Shown piece after piece: positions 28,039 to 36,628 of a stretch of 64,000 nt of DNA. Both the position numbers and the translations under genes were made by a program. The notes under the pieces are model-generated. The model did no database searches. It was given only the letters and a program-made list of their open reading frames with translations, and was not told the DNA's origin. Within the stretch, counting starts at the first letter, position 1. Each line of letters opens with the position of its first letter. The DNA comes from Deltaproteobacteria bacterium (GTDB lineage Bacteria > Myxococcota_A > UBA796 > JAFGLY01), in assembly GCA_016927815.1 (NCBI GenBank), contig JAFGLY010000121.1:3016-67015 (forward strand), read 5' to 3'.

Positions 28039-29207
28039 GTCGAACCTCCCCTGGGCAGGAGCGCGGCGCGGGCCGCACCGACCAGCGTGGCGTCGGGAAC
28101 GGCCGTGCACGAGAGCCCCTCGGGAAGACCAAGGAGCGTGCGGGCCGTGCCCTCGACCCGCTCCCGGTATCCCGGCGAGCGCCAGAACAGGCTGCCCTCG
28201 GCCACGACGCTCGGGGGGCCGCCCAGCACGTCGGCCGCCGCAACGAGCCCCGCTGCGACCAGGTCCGCGGAGCGATCCAGGATGGCCGCCGCGAGATCGG
28301 CGTCCTCGCCCGGCGTGCCGGTCCGTATCCGGACGAGGGCCTCGCCCCCGTCACCGGGCCCGATTCGTTCGGGCGAGGCGGACGCGGCCCGGAACAGGAG
28401 AGGCAGGTACTGCCCGGACACGGCCTTCTCGAACCGCTGGCAGCCCGGGTCCACGCTCGACGCATCGACCGCCTCGTCCCAGCGGGTCAGGTGGGAGGGC
28501 CGGAACGCGCCGGACTCGAGGTTGACGGCCATGGGGCCGTTCCAGTCCGGGACCTTGGGCACGGCCGGGGCCAGGATGGCCATGTTGGTCCCCGTGCCGG
28601 CCACGAGGCCCACGGCCCGCGCGTCGGGTCCGGGGTCTCCTGCGAGGAGCACGGCCACCGTGTCGTTGAGCACGCGCACACCTGAGACGCGCACGCCCCG
28701 GAGAGCGAGTTGTCCCGCGAGCAGGGCACCCACCTCCCGCCCCTCCACGCCCACCACCTCCACGCCCTTGGTCCAGCGCACGAGGCGCGCGTCCCCGCCG
28801 GGCAGCACGGTGGCCGGGTAGGAGAAGCAGTAGCCGAGCGGCAGCCCGGGAGGGGGCGCGAGCGAAGCGACCAGGTCGGCCTGGCACCCGAAGAACGCCG
28901 CGCACGGAACCGGCGCTCCCGGCCGGCCTCGGACCACCGGACCCGAGATCGGACCCGCCTCCACGCGGGTGCCGCCGGGTCCGTGGGCCACGAGGGCGGC
29001 CCGCACGTGCGTCCCCCCCACGTCCACGGCGATGGCCCAACCTGCCAGATGCGGCGGCAGAGGCGGCAGAAAGGCGGGAAATGCGGCGATCTCGGCCCCA
29101 TCCCGGGCCAGACCCTCGCGGACGGCGGTTGCGAACTCGGTCCGGACCTCCTCGAGAGCCCCTCGGGAGAGGTGAAACGACGGGGCGGGGGTCCGGTCGG
29201 GGTGCAT
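28035..29207 (-). CDS. Hexokinase-family sugar kinase (eukaryote-type hexokinase fold)
   Basis: ATG at 29207 (MHPDRTP). 390 aa. AIAVDVGGTHVR; LGYCFSYP (cf. LGFTFSFP); LNDTVAVLLAG (cf. NDTVGTL); AGTGTNMA; VNLESGAF (cf. INTEWGAF); EKAVSGQYL (cf. EKMISGMYL). Confidence 0.75.
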   Translation of the reverse strand: MHPDRTPAPSFHLSRGALEEVRTEFATAVREGLARDGAEIAAFPAFLPPLPPHLAGWAIAVDVGGTHVRAALVAHGPGGTRVEAGPISGPVVRGRPGAPVPCAAFFGCQADLVASLAPPPGLPLGYCFSYPATVLPGGDARLVRWTKGVEVVGVEGREVGALLAGQLALRGVRVSGVRVLNDTVAVLLAGDPGPDARAVGLVAGTGTNMAILAPAVPKVPDWNGPMAVNLESGAFRPSHLTRWDEAVDASSVDPGCQRFEKAVSGQYLPLLFRAASASPERIGPGDGGEALVRIRTGTPGEDADLAAAILDRSADLVAAGLVAAADVLGGPPSVVAEGSLFWRSPGYRERVEGTARTLLGLPEGLSCTAVPDATLVGAARAALLPRGGST

Positions 29208-29340
29208 GGGGAGCCTCGGGCCTTCGAGGGTTCTAGCCCGCGAGGCGGCTCGGGTCCGCCCCGGAGCACGTGGTCCGACCTCGGCTGGTATCGCCGGATC
29301 CGGCGCGATACCGTGCCTCTCCTTTTCGTAGGACCACATC

Positions 29341-29898
29341 ATGCTGCCCCTCCTCCTCCTCGTGGGCTGCTCTGGCACCCCCGTGTGCCCTCCCTGCGCC
29401 TCGGACCAACCCGGGGCCGTGGTCCTTGCCCCGTGGGAGGCGGCCCTCCTCGCCGGCACGCTCGAGGATCTCCGGGCCGGCGTCCGGATCACGGGCGAGC
29501 GGGGATTCGGGATCTGCTCCGGCCGGACCGAGTGCGAGTCCTTCGTGGGCCCCACGTCCCAGGGACCCCTGCCGGAGGGACACTGGTTCGTGCGCGCCGA
29601 GTTCGAGGTCCCGTCCGTCGGTGAGGGCTGGACCGTCCTGTTCCACGTGACGTGCACCACCAACCCGGGTTCCCCGAACGCCTCCACCCAGGTGCACGAT
29701 CGTGCGTACCCCGTGAAGTACACGGGCCGGGAGGGCACCTACCGCCTCCAGCCGCTCTGGAAGATCCAGTCGCCTTACGTGAACGGTCCCCGATCGTGTA
29801 CCTTCTCCCTCACGCCTGTCCGCCCGGACGGCGTCCGGGGCGAGCCCTGGACAGGGGCCTACGAGACCGCCGGACCGACCGCATCGCTCCAGCCCTGA
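29341..29898 (+). CDS. Lipoprotein, hypothetical
   Basis: 185 aa. Lipobox LLLLVGC. Cys-containing, with no recognised motif. Confidence 0.55.
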   Translation: MLPLLLLVGCSGTPVCPPCASDQPGAVVLAPWEAALLAGTLEDLRAGVRITGERGFGICSGRTECESFVGPTSQGPLPEGHWFVRAEFEVPSVGEGWTVLFHVTCTTNPGSPNASTQVHDRAYPVKYTGREGTYRLQPLWKIQSPYVNGPRSCTFSLTPVRPDGVRGEPWTGAYETAGPTASLQP

Positions 29899-29926
29899 CG
29901 GACCGCCACCCTCCAGGGATCCTCCC

Positions 29927-31663
29927 ATGCCGCTCGGCCCCGCGACCTGGACCCGCGCACTCCGCCCGTTCCGGGGACGGAGGCTGCGGGTCTGGTACCA
30001 CCCCACCTACCGCATTCCCCTCACCTCCCTGGAGCCTCGGGCGGGCATGGAGCCACGGCGGTCCGACCTGGCGGCGTGGTACCTCGAGGACACGGGCGCC
30101 GTGTCACGGGCCTCGTTTTGCGCCCCGGGCCGGGTGGCCTACCGGGATCTGGCCCGGGTCCACACGCCCGGGTGGTTGGAGTCGTTGTCCGATGCAAAGG
30201 TCCTGGCCAGGGTCTACGGCGTGGATCCGTGGGATGTCCCGGTGGACGAACTCCTCGCCACGGTCCGGCACGCGTGCGGAGCCACCGTCGAGGCCACCCA
30301 GGAGGCCCTCACGGGCCGCCGATTCCAGCTCAACCTGCTGGGTGGATTCCATCACGCCGCTCCCGACCGGGGATCGGGCCTCTGCGCCGTCAACGACGTG
30401 GCCGTGGCCATCGCCGTGGCGCGCGCCGAGGGGTTCGAAGGTCGCGTGGTAGTCCTCGATCTCGACGCCCACCCACCCGACGGGCTCGCCGCCTGCCTGA
30501 ACGAGGATCCGGCGGCATGGATCGGTTCCCTGTCGGGCTCCGACTGGGGCCCGGTCCCTGGGGCCGACGAGACGATCCTGCCCGTCCGATGCGGCGACGG
30601 GCTCTACATGGAGGCCCTCTCCAAGCTCCTCGCCCGCATGCCGAAGCCGGACCTCGCGTTCGTGATTGCGGGCGGAGACGTCCTTCACGACGATCGGATG
30701 GGGCGCCTCGGCCTCACGCTCGAGGGCGTGCGCCAGCGCGATCGGCGCGTGGCCCGCGCCCTGGCGACCACGCCTCAGGTCTGGCTGGCCGGCGGCGGCT
30801 ACAGTCCGGACGCCTGGCGCGCGCTGGCCGGGACGGGCCTGGTGCTGGCCGGGCAGGGTCACCGGCCCGTGCAGGCCGACGCCGATCCCCTGCGATGGCA
30901 CTTCTCCCGGATCGCGCAACGCATCGACGTGAAGAGGCTCGGCGGCGAGGACTTCCTCAGTACGGCCGAACTCGAGGAGGCGCTCGGCGTGCGCCGTCCC
31001 GAGTCCCGCCGCCTGCTCGGGTTCTACACCGACGAAGGGCTCGAGTACTCCCTGGAGACCTACGGCCTGCTCCCGCAGGTGCGTCGCCTGGGCTACGGCG
31101 ACCTCCGCGTCCGGGTGGACCGTGCCTCCTCGGGGGATCGTCTCCGCCTCTTCGGCCGGGCCGACGGCGCGGAGCACGTCCTGGTGGAAGCCGTGCTGGC
31201 TCGGGAGGAGGTGGAGGGTCGGCCGATGCTCTTCGTCCACTGGCTCACGCTCCGCAACCCTCGGGTGCCCTTCACGGCGCTCCGGCCTCGCCTTCCGGGC
31301 CAGGAGGTGCCGGGTCTGGGCCTCGCCCGGGAGGCCGGAGAGATGCTGCTCAGAATCGCCCGGCGTCTCGACCTCGAAGGCGTCGCGGTCCGACCCGCCC
31401 ACTTCCACGTGGCTTATGCGGCCCGCTACCGGCTCCGCATGGTCGACCCCATCCTGCAGGGGCGCTTCGAGGCGATTCTGAGGGACCTCGGCCACCTGCC
31501 CCTCCATGCCCTGACCTCGGCCATCGCCGAGGGTCGGGTGCTGCTCGACGGTCGGCCCTGGGCCTGGGAACCCGGCCTCATGGCCTACCGGTTCGAGGAG
31601 CCTCCCTCCGCACACGCCCCGGCTGACAGAGAGCGCGATCGGGCCCGTTTCCGACTGGCTTGA
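29927..31663 (+). CDS. Histone deacetylase-family (HDAC11-like) domain fused to a C-terminal GNAT-like domain
   Basis: 578 aa. HDAC motifs GGFHHAAPDRGSGLCAVNDVAVA, VVVLDLDAHPPDG and IAGGDVLHDD. The C-terminal ~240 aa contain an acetyl-CoA-loop-like QEVPGLGLAREAGEMLLRIARR. The GNAT assignment is tentative. Confidence 0.65.
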   Translation: MPLGPATWTRALRPFRGRRLRVWYHPTYRIPLTSLEPRAGMEPRRSDLAAWYLEDTGAVSRASFCAPGRVAYRDLARVHTPGWLESLSDAKVLARVYGVDPWDVPVDELLATVRHACGATVEATQEALTGRRFQLNLLGGFHHAAPDRGSGLCAVNDVAVAIAVARAEGFEGRVVVLDLDAHPPDGLAACLNEDPAAWIGSLSGSDWGPVPGADETILPVRCGDGLYMEALSKLLARMPKPDLAFVIAGGDVLHDDRMGRLGLTLEGVRQRDRRVARALATTPQVWLAGGGYSPDAWRALAGTGLVLAGQGHRPVQADADPLRWHFSRIAQRIDVKRLGGEDFLSTAELEEALGVRRPESRRLLGFYTDEGLEYSLETYGLLPQVRRLGYGDLRVRVDRASSGDRLRLFGRADGAEHVLVEAVLAREEVEGRPMLFVHWLTLRNPRVPFTALRPRLPGQEVPGLGLAREAGEMLLRIARRLDLEGVAVRPAHFHVAYAARYRLRMVDPILQGRFEAILRDLGHLPLHALTSAIAEGRVLLDGRPWAWEPGLMAYRFEEPPSAHAPADRERDRARFRLA

Positions 31664-31747
31664 CCCTTCGACCGGGCACCGCGTGATACCTTGCCCCGAG
31701 GCGTGGCGCCCATGTCCGGCCCCACGTGGTTTTCCCCTGGAGGTTCC

Positions 31748-32344
31748 ATGTCGCTCGTTCCCCTCCTTCTCCTCCCGCTCGTGGTACGGGCGGACCCGGC
31801 TGCGGACGAAGCCCTCAGGCGCGCCGTCCAGCTCCCGGTCGTCGCCAACGAACTCCGCGCCGACGGCATCCCCGAAGAGGACGTCGATGCGGTCCTGGAA
31901 ACCGGGCGTACGTCGGGCATGGCCGCGGCCGAGACCACCGAGGTCCTCGAGGTCACGCGGGATGCCGGTCGCAAGGACGGGCACCCGGACAACATGGGCG
32001 CGTTCGTGAGGGCGCGCGTCCAGGCAGGGCTGCGCGGAAAGGACCTGGCGGACGCCATCCACGCCGAGCACCAGGCGCGGCGGGCCGAGCGCGAGGCCCG
32101 GCAGGCCGCGGAGGGCGCAGGCCCCGGCGGGCCTCCGGAGCACGCCGGACGACCCGAGGACGCCGGTCGGCCCGAGGACGCGCAGCGTGGACCCGGCGAT
32201 CGGCCCGGCCGGGCCGGGGAGCCGCAGGGCAAGAGCTCCGGACCCAAGGGCAGGGCGGAAGGTTCCAAGGGAACGACCGCCGAGGAAGAAACCGAGGCCG
32301 CGGGCACGACGAGGACCGGCGGCAAGGGCAAGGGAGGGAAGTGA
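31748..32344 (+). CDS. Secreted protein with low-complexity Gly/Pro/Lys-rich tail, hypothetical
   Basis: ATG at 31748 after GGAGG. Signal peptide MSLVPLLLLPLVVRA. Helical N-terminal half, then repeats (GRPEDAGRPEDA) and a KGKGGK end. Confidence 0.55.
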   Translation: MSLVPLLLLPLVVRADPAADEALRRAVQLPVVANELRADGIPEEDVDAVLETGRTSGMAAAETTEVLEVTRDAGRKDGHPDNMGAFVRARVQAGLRGKDLADAIHAEHQARRAEREARQAAEGAGPGGPPEHAGRPEDAGRPEDAQRGPGDRPGRAGEPQGKSSGPKGRAEGSKGTTAEEETEAAGTTRTGGKGKGGK

Positions 32345-32345
32345 C

Positions 32346-32591
32346 ATGACTCCTGCACGCATCCTCTTGTTCGCCTGCCTGCTCGCGGGCTGTGGCTCGA
32401 CGCCCGTGCCCCCCACGGTGGACCAGGTCTCTGAGGTGGCGGCCATCGCCACGGCGGTGAAGGCCGATCCGGCCCATGCCGACAAGATCCTCGCCGACCA
32501 CGGCCTGGACAGGGCGCGCTTCGAGGCGCTCCTTTTCGAGATCGCCGCCGACCCGGACAAGGCCAAGACCTACGCCGCGGCCCTCAAGTAG
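32346..32591 (+). CDS. Small lipoprotein, hypothetical
   Basis: ATG at 32346, 1 nt after the upstream stop. Lipobox CLLAGC. 81 aa. Confidence 0.55.
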   Translation: MTPARILLFACLLAGCGSTPVPPTVDQVSEVAAIATAVKADPAHADKILADHGLDRARFEALLFEIAADPDKAKTYAAALK

Positions 32592-32756
32592 CGTCCCCCG
32601 CCTGACGATCTTCGGCGTCCGGCCTCGGCGGTCGGGGACGTCGAGCACAGGTACGGCGACTTGCCCTGATCCAGCGTTCCCCTCGCGGGGAGCGACGGTC
32701 CTCGACACCCGGCCCGCTGCCGCCTACGGTGGTCGGGTCACCTGAGGAGCCCCCCC

Positions 32757-34088
32757 ATGCCCATTCCCACCTCTCCCGAGGATCGCTCGACCGCCCGTGC
32801 CGTGGCCGAGGACCTCCTCGCCTTCCTCGACGCGAGCCCCTGTGCCTTCCATGCGGTGGCCGCACTCCGGTCGCGCCTCGTGGCCGCGGGGTTCGAGCCG
32901 CTCTCCGAGGGCGAGCCCTGGCGCCTCCATCCGGGCGGCCGGCATTTCGTCGAGCGCGGCGGCACGGCCCTGTCCGCCTTCGTGGTCGGCACCCAGCCTC
33001 CCTCCACCTCGGGCTACCGCGTAGCGGCGGCCCACACCGACTCGCCGGGCCTCGTGCTCAAGCCGCTTCCGGAGCGCGTCGACCACGGCACCGTGGTGCT
33101 CGGTGTGGAGGTCTACGGCGGCCCGGTGCTCGCGACCTGGATGGACCGCGACCTCGGCCTCTGCGGTCGCGTGGTCCTCGAGGGGAGGGAGGGTCGCCCC
33201 GAGTCCCGCCTCTGGCGCTCCGAGGTCCCGCTCGTGTGTCTTCCGAACCTGGCCATCCACCAGAATCGCCAGGTCAACGACGAGGGACTCAAGGTGAATC
33301 CCCAGACGGAGATCACGCCGATGGTGGGTACCCTGGACGGTGGGTTGCCCGAGAAGGGGGCGGTGCGCCACCTGCTGGCCGCCGACCTGGGGGTGGCCGA
33401 TGACGCGATCCTGGCCTTCGACCTTCGTCTCTTCGATGCCCAGAACGCTTCTTTCGCCGGTGCGGCCGGCGAGTTCGTCCGGTCCGGCCGCCTGGACGAC
33501 CTCGCGATGTGCCACGCCATCCTGGGTGCCCTGCTCACCGTGGACGACGAGCCTTCGGTTACCACCCGCGTGGCCGTGTTCTACGACAGCGAGGAGGTCG
33601 GGAGCCAGACGACCCAGGGCGCGCACTCCACGCTCCTTCCGGCACTCCTCGAGCGAATCGCGATCGCCCGGGGGGATGCCCGGGACGGGTACCTGGCCGC
33701 CCTGGCCCGCTCGATCCTGGTGTCGGCCGACAACGCCCACGCCGTGCATCCCGGGTTTTCCTCCAAGTTGGACCCCGACCATGCCCCCGTGCTCAACGGC
33801 GGGCCGGTCCTCAAGGCGCACGCGAGCCGGGCCTACGCCACGGACGCCGCCTCGGGGGCCGCCTTCCTCCTCGCCTGCCGCCAGGCGGACGTGCCTTTCC
33901 AGTGGTTCGTCAACCGGTCGGACGTGAAGTCCGGGTCCACCATCGGCAGCATGGTCTCCGCTCAGCTCGGCATCCCCGTGGTGGACGTGGGCAGTGCCCA
34001 GTACGCCATGCACAGCGTCCGCGAGACCGCCGGAGCGTTCGACCCGTGGTACATGACTCGGGCGATCGCCGCCTGGTTCCGGGGCTGA
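32757..34088 (+). CDS. apeB: M18-family aminopeptidase (aspartyl aminopeptidase-like)
   Basis: 443 aa. The N-terminal AEDLLAFLDASPCAFHAV, AAHTDSPG, FYDSEEVGS and GSAQYAMHSVRE match the M18 peptidase pattern. Confidence 0.85.
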   Translation: MPIPTSPEDRSTARAVAEDLLAFLDASPCAFHAVAALRSRLVAAGFEPLSEGEPWRLHPGGRHFVERGGTALSAFVVGTQPPSTSGYRVAAAHTDSPGLVLKPLPERVDHGTVVLGVEVYGGPVLATWMDRDLGLCGRVVLEGREGRPESRLWRSEVPLVCLPNLAIHQNRQVNDEGLKVNPQTEITPMVGTLDGGLPEKGAVRHLLAADLGVADDAILAFDLRLFDAQNASFAGAAGEFVRSGRLDDLAMCHAILGALLTVDDEPSVTTRVAVFYDSEEVGSQTTQGAHSTLLPALLERIAIARGDARDGYLAALARSILVSADNAHAVHPGFSSKLDPDHAPVLNGGPVLKAHASRAYATDAASGAAFLLACRQADVPFQWFVNRSDVKSGSTIGSMVSAQLGIPVVDVGSAQYAMHSVRETAGAFDPWYMTRAIAAWFRG

Positions 34089-34090
34089 CG

Positions 34091-34618
34091 ATGGAGCGCC
34101 ACCGCATCCCTTTCGCAAGCTTCCGAATGCCGATCTTCCACGCCTGGGACGAACGCTGGTTCCTGCTGACCGCAGGCACGCTCGCGCCGGGCGGCTTCAA
34201 CACGATGACCGTGGGGTGGGGGGCCTTCGGCATGATGTGGAACCGGCCGTTCGCCCTGGTCGTGGTCCGCCCCACGCGCCACACGTTCGGGTTCGTGGAC
34301 CGGAGCCCCGACTTCACGCTGTCGCTCTTTCCCGAGGCGTTCCAGGACAAGCTCGAACTGTGCGGCACCGTGTCCGGCCAAGACGTCGACAAGATCGCGG
34401 TGAGCGGGCTCACACCCGTTCCCTCGCTGGAGGTGGCGTCCCCGAGCTTCGCCGAGGCAGAACTGGTCCTCGAGTGCCGCAAGACCTACTGGCACGACCT
34501 GGACCCGACCCATTTCCTCGATCCCCGCATCCACGGGCTCTACGAAGGCGACCACCACCGCGCCTGGTTCGGCGACGTGCTCGCGGTGGAGGGCACCCGA
34601 GACTGGGAGCGGCACTGA
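34091..34618 (+). CDS. Flavin reductase-like (FMN-binding split-barrel) protein
   Basis: ATG 2 nt after the upstream stop. 175 aa. FNTMTVGWGAFGMMWNRPFALVVVRPTRHT is typical of the Flavin_Reduct fold. Confidence 0.65.
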   Translation: MERHRIPFASFRMPIFHAWDERWFLLTAGTLAPGGFNTMTVGWGAFGMMWNRPFALVVVRPTRHTFGFVDRSPDFTLSLFPEAFQDKLELCGTVSGQDVDKIAVSGLTPVPSLEVASPSFAEAELVLECRKTYWHDLDPTHFLDPRIHGLYEGDHHRAWFGDVLAVEGTRDWERH

Positions 34619-34729
34619 ATCGCCCTTCGGCCGGTCCGAGCGCACGTCGGGCATCGACCCCATCGCCCTGAAACCACGCGAGCGGAGCCCGCTCCAGGTG
34701 CCGGCAGGTTCCCCGACACCCCGCCCCTC

Positions 34730-35470
34730 CTACGGCCCCCGGTCCCCGCCTCCCTCCCAGCCGAGCGCGAGGCCTGCGCCCACCAGGAACGGATCGTCCA
34801 CGCGGTCGCGCACGACCGCGTCCAGGAGCATGCTGGCCTCCCCGTGGACGCGCAGGTAGCCGCCGGCCGCGACGTCCGGGGCCCACGCAACGTCCAGCCC
34901 GAGGACACCTCGCTCCAGGCCGACGGGCGACCAGTCCACACCCGTATCCACGTAGTAGTCGTTGTAGGCCGCGTCTGCGAATGCCACCGCGAGGCGGGGG
35001 GCCAGCACGAGGGGGCCCGCCTCGTGCTCGGAGGCCGCACCCAGCTCGGCGTACCAGGAACCCGGTGCCTCCTTCAAGTCCAGGGCCTGCTCCAGGAAGA
35101 GAGAACCCCACCCGACCGCGTAGGACAGGTGCAGCATACCCTCCACGGTGAAGGGCGCCCCGGTCTGCACCCAGGCCATCGCCCCGACGTCCACGCCGAA
35201 ATCCCCGAACTCGAACGCCCAGTCGAGGGAGGGGTCCACCTCGTGGAAGTCGCAATTGCCCGTCTCTTTCGTCAGGGGCACGTGGCCCCACACCTCGAAC
35301 GTGCCGCCGCCCAGGGTCACCCAGGCCGAGGGCTGCAGGGCCGGACCCCGGGAGAAGGCCAGGCCCCGGAACAGGTAGCGGCTCACACCGTCGGCCTCCA
35401 CGCCGAAGGAGAGATCCGCGGGCCCGGCCTGGGCAGTCCCTGCGACGAGGACGAGGGCCGCGAGGATCAT
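34730..35470 (-). CDS. Putative outer-membrane beta-barrel protein (hypothetical)
   Basis: ATG at 35470 (MILAALVLVAGTAQA, signal peptide). 246 aa with alternating aromatic and Gly-rich beta-strand patterns. The upstream part of the 314-aa ORF was rejected. Confidence 0.5.
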   Translation of the reverse strand: MILAALVLVAGTAQAGPADLSFGVEADGVSRYLFRGLAFSRGPALQPSAWVTLGGGTFEVWGHVPLTKETGNCDFHEVDPSLDWAFEFGDFGVDVGAMAWVQTGAPFTVEGMLHLSYAVGWGSLFLEQALDLKEAPGSWYAELGAASEHEAGPLVLAPRLAVAFADAAYNDYYVDTGVDWSPVGLERGVLGLDVAWAPDVAAGGYLRVHGEASMLLDAVVRDRVDDPFLVGAGLALGWEGGGDRGP

Positions 35471-35543
35471 GTCGGATTCCGGCCCGAGGGCCCGGTGCGG
35501 CGGGCCCCGGACGACACCCCCACGACCGCCGTTCGACCCGGCC

Positions 35544-36173
35544 TCACCGCCGGCGCCGCCCGGTGTCGTCGGTCCGCTTCTTGGGCGGCACGAAGTCGCC
35601 GAACAGGACGGACAGCTCGGCGCCGATCTGGAAGTAGAGGCCCCAACCCACGTCCACCTCCACGCCCTCGGCATCGAGGTAGGTGGCGTGGCCCGGCACG
35701 TCGTACTGCGCGTGGAGTTGGACCTGGTAGGCCACGGATCCCTGCCGGATGAGCACGCCCGTCTGGCCCCGCAGCGGGTAGGCCGGGACCTTCAGTTCGG
35801 CCTCGGTCTGACTGGACCAGCGGTGCGTGGACACGCCCGCTCCGGCGCCCAGATACCACTCGAGGGCGTCGAACGGGATGATGCGGTCGTACTTGAGCAG
35901 GAAGTGGTAGCTCGCGTAGTCGGCCCCGAGGTCGAGCCCGAGGAGTGCACCCACCCGGTTCGCCTCGTTGGCCCAGTAGTCGCCCTCCGCGCCGAAGAGG
36001 ACGTCTCCACCGACCTTCTCGAGGGTGTCCTGGTCCTTGACCTTGGACGGCCACGCCACCGGATACCGGCCGGGGATGACGTTCGTGCCGAGACGCGGCC
36101 CGATGCCCCACATGGTGGGGACGGCATGGCCGGCAGACGCGGAGAGCAGGGCGACCAGGGCGAGGTGCGTCAT
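35544..36173 (-). CDS. Putative outer-membrane beta-barrel protein (hypothetical)
   Basis: 209 aa. Signal peptide MTHLALVALLSASAGHA. Alternating-hydrophobic strands (YQVQLHAQYDV, VDVGWGLYFQIGAELSVLF). Basic tail. Confidence 0.5.
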   Translation of the reverse strand: MTHLALVALLSASAGHAVPTMWGIGPRLGTNVIPGRYPVAWPSKVKDQDTLEKVGGDVLFGAEGDYWANEANRVGALLGLDLGADYASYHFLLKYDRIIPFDALEWYLGAGAGVSTHRWSSQTEAELKVPAYPLRGQTGVLIRQGSVAYQVQLHAQYDVPGHATYLDAEGVEVDVGWGLYFQIGAELSVLFGDFVPPKKRTDDTGRRRR

Positions 36174-36290
36174 GGGATCTCCTTCGTGGAAACGGTCTGC
36201 GAGGGTGCACGCACCGCGTATCCAGCCGCCCCCCTCTCGTCGCCACCCTCGCGCCCGGGCGTGCTACGCTCGAGCAAGGAGGATCGGACC

Positions 36291-36623
36291 GTGCCCTCAC
36301 CGGAGTCCGGACGTTTCCACATCGCCTCGGCCCTGGAAGTGCTCGCCCTGGGGGGCCTCGGGCTGAGCGTCGGACTGGTCGCAGGCTTCCTGGCTCTGGA
36401 TGCGGCCGCGGCGTTCCGCGGCGAGCCGGTGGGTCGTGGCATCCTCATGGCCGCGATGCTCCTGGCCATCCTCTGCCTGCCCGGCCTCGCCGCCTGGACG
36501 CTCGGACGCCGACTGAGCCGCGAGCGGGGAAACCCGGAGGTGCTCTCGCCCCATGCCCGTTCCGCCCTGGCCCTGGCCAGCGTCGTGGCCGGCTTCTCTG
36601 CCGCCTGGTTCCTCGGGTTCTGA
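36291..36623 (+). CDS. Small membrane protein, hypothetical
   Basis: GTG at 36291, 7 nt after AAGGAGG. 110 aa with 3 predicted TM helices (LEVLALGGLGLSVGLVAGFLAL, ILMAAMLLAILCLPGLAAW, ALALASVVAGFSAAWFLGF). Confidence 0.5.
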   Translation: MPSPESGRFHIASALEVLALGGLGLSVGLVAGFLALDAAAAFRGEPVGRGILMAAMLLAILCLPGLAAWTLGRRLSRERGNPEVLSPHARSALALASVVAGFSAAWFLGF

Positions 36624-36628
36624 AGGGG

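Noticed and set aside
30104-32566. 820-aa minus-strand ORF antisense to the HDAC-like gene, plus other long frames at 30076-31626 and 31585-32358.
   Set aside because: Low-complexity translations with no motifs. The sense frame carries HDAC motifs.
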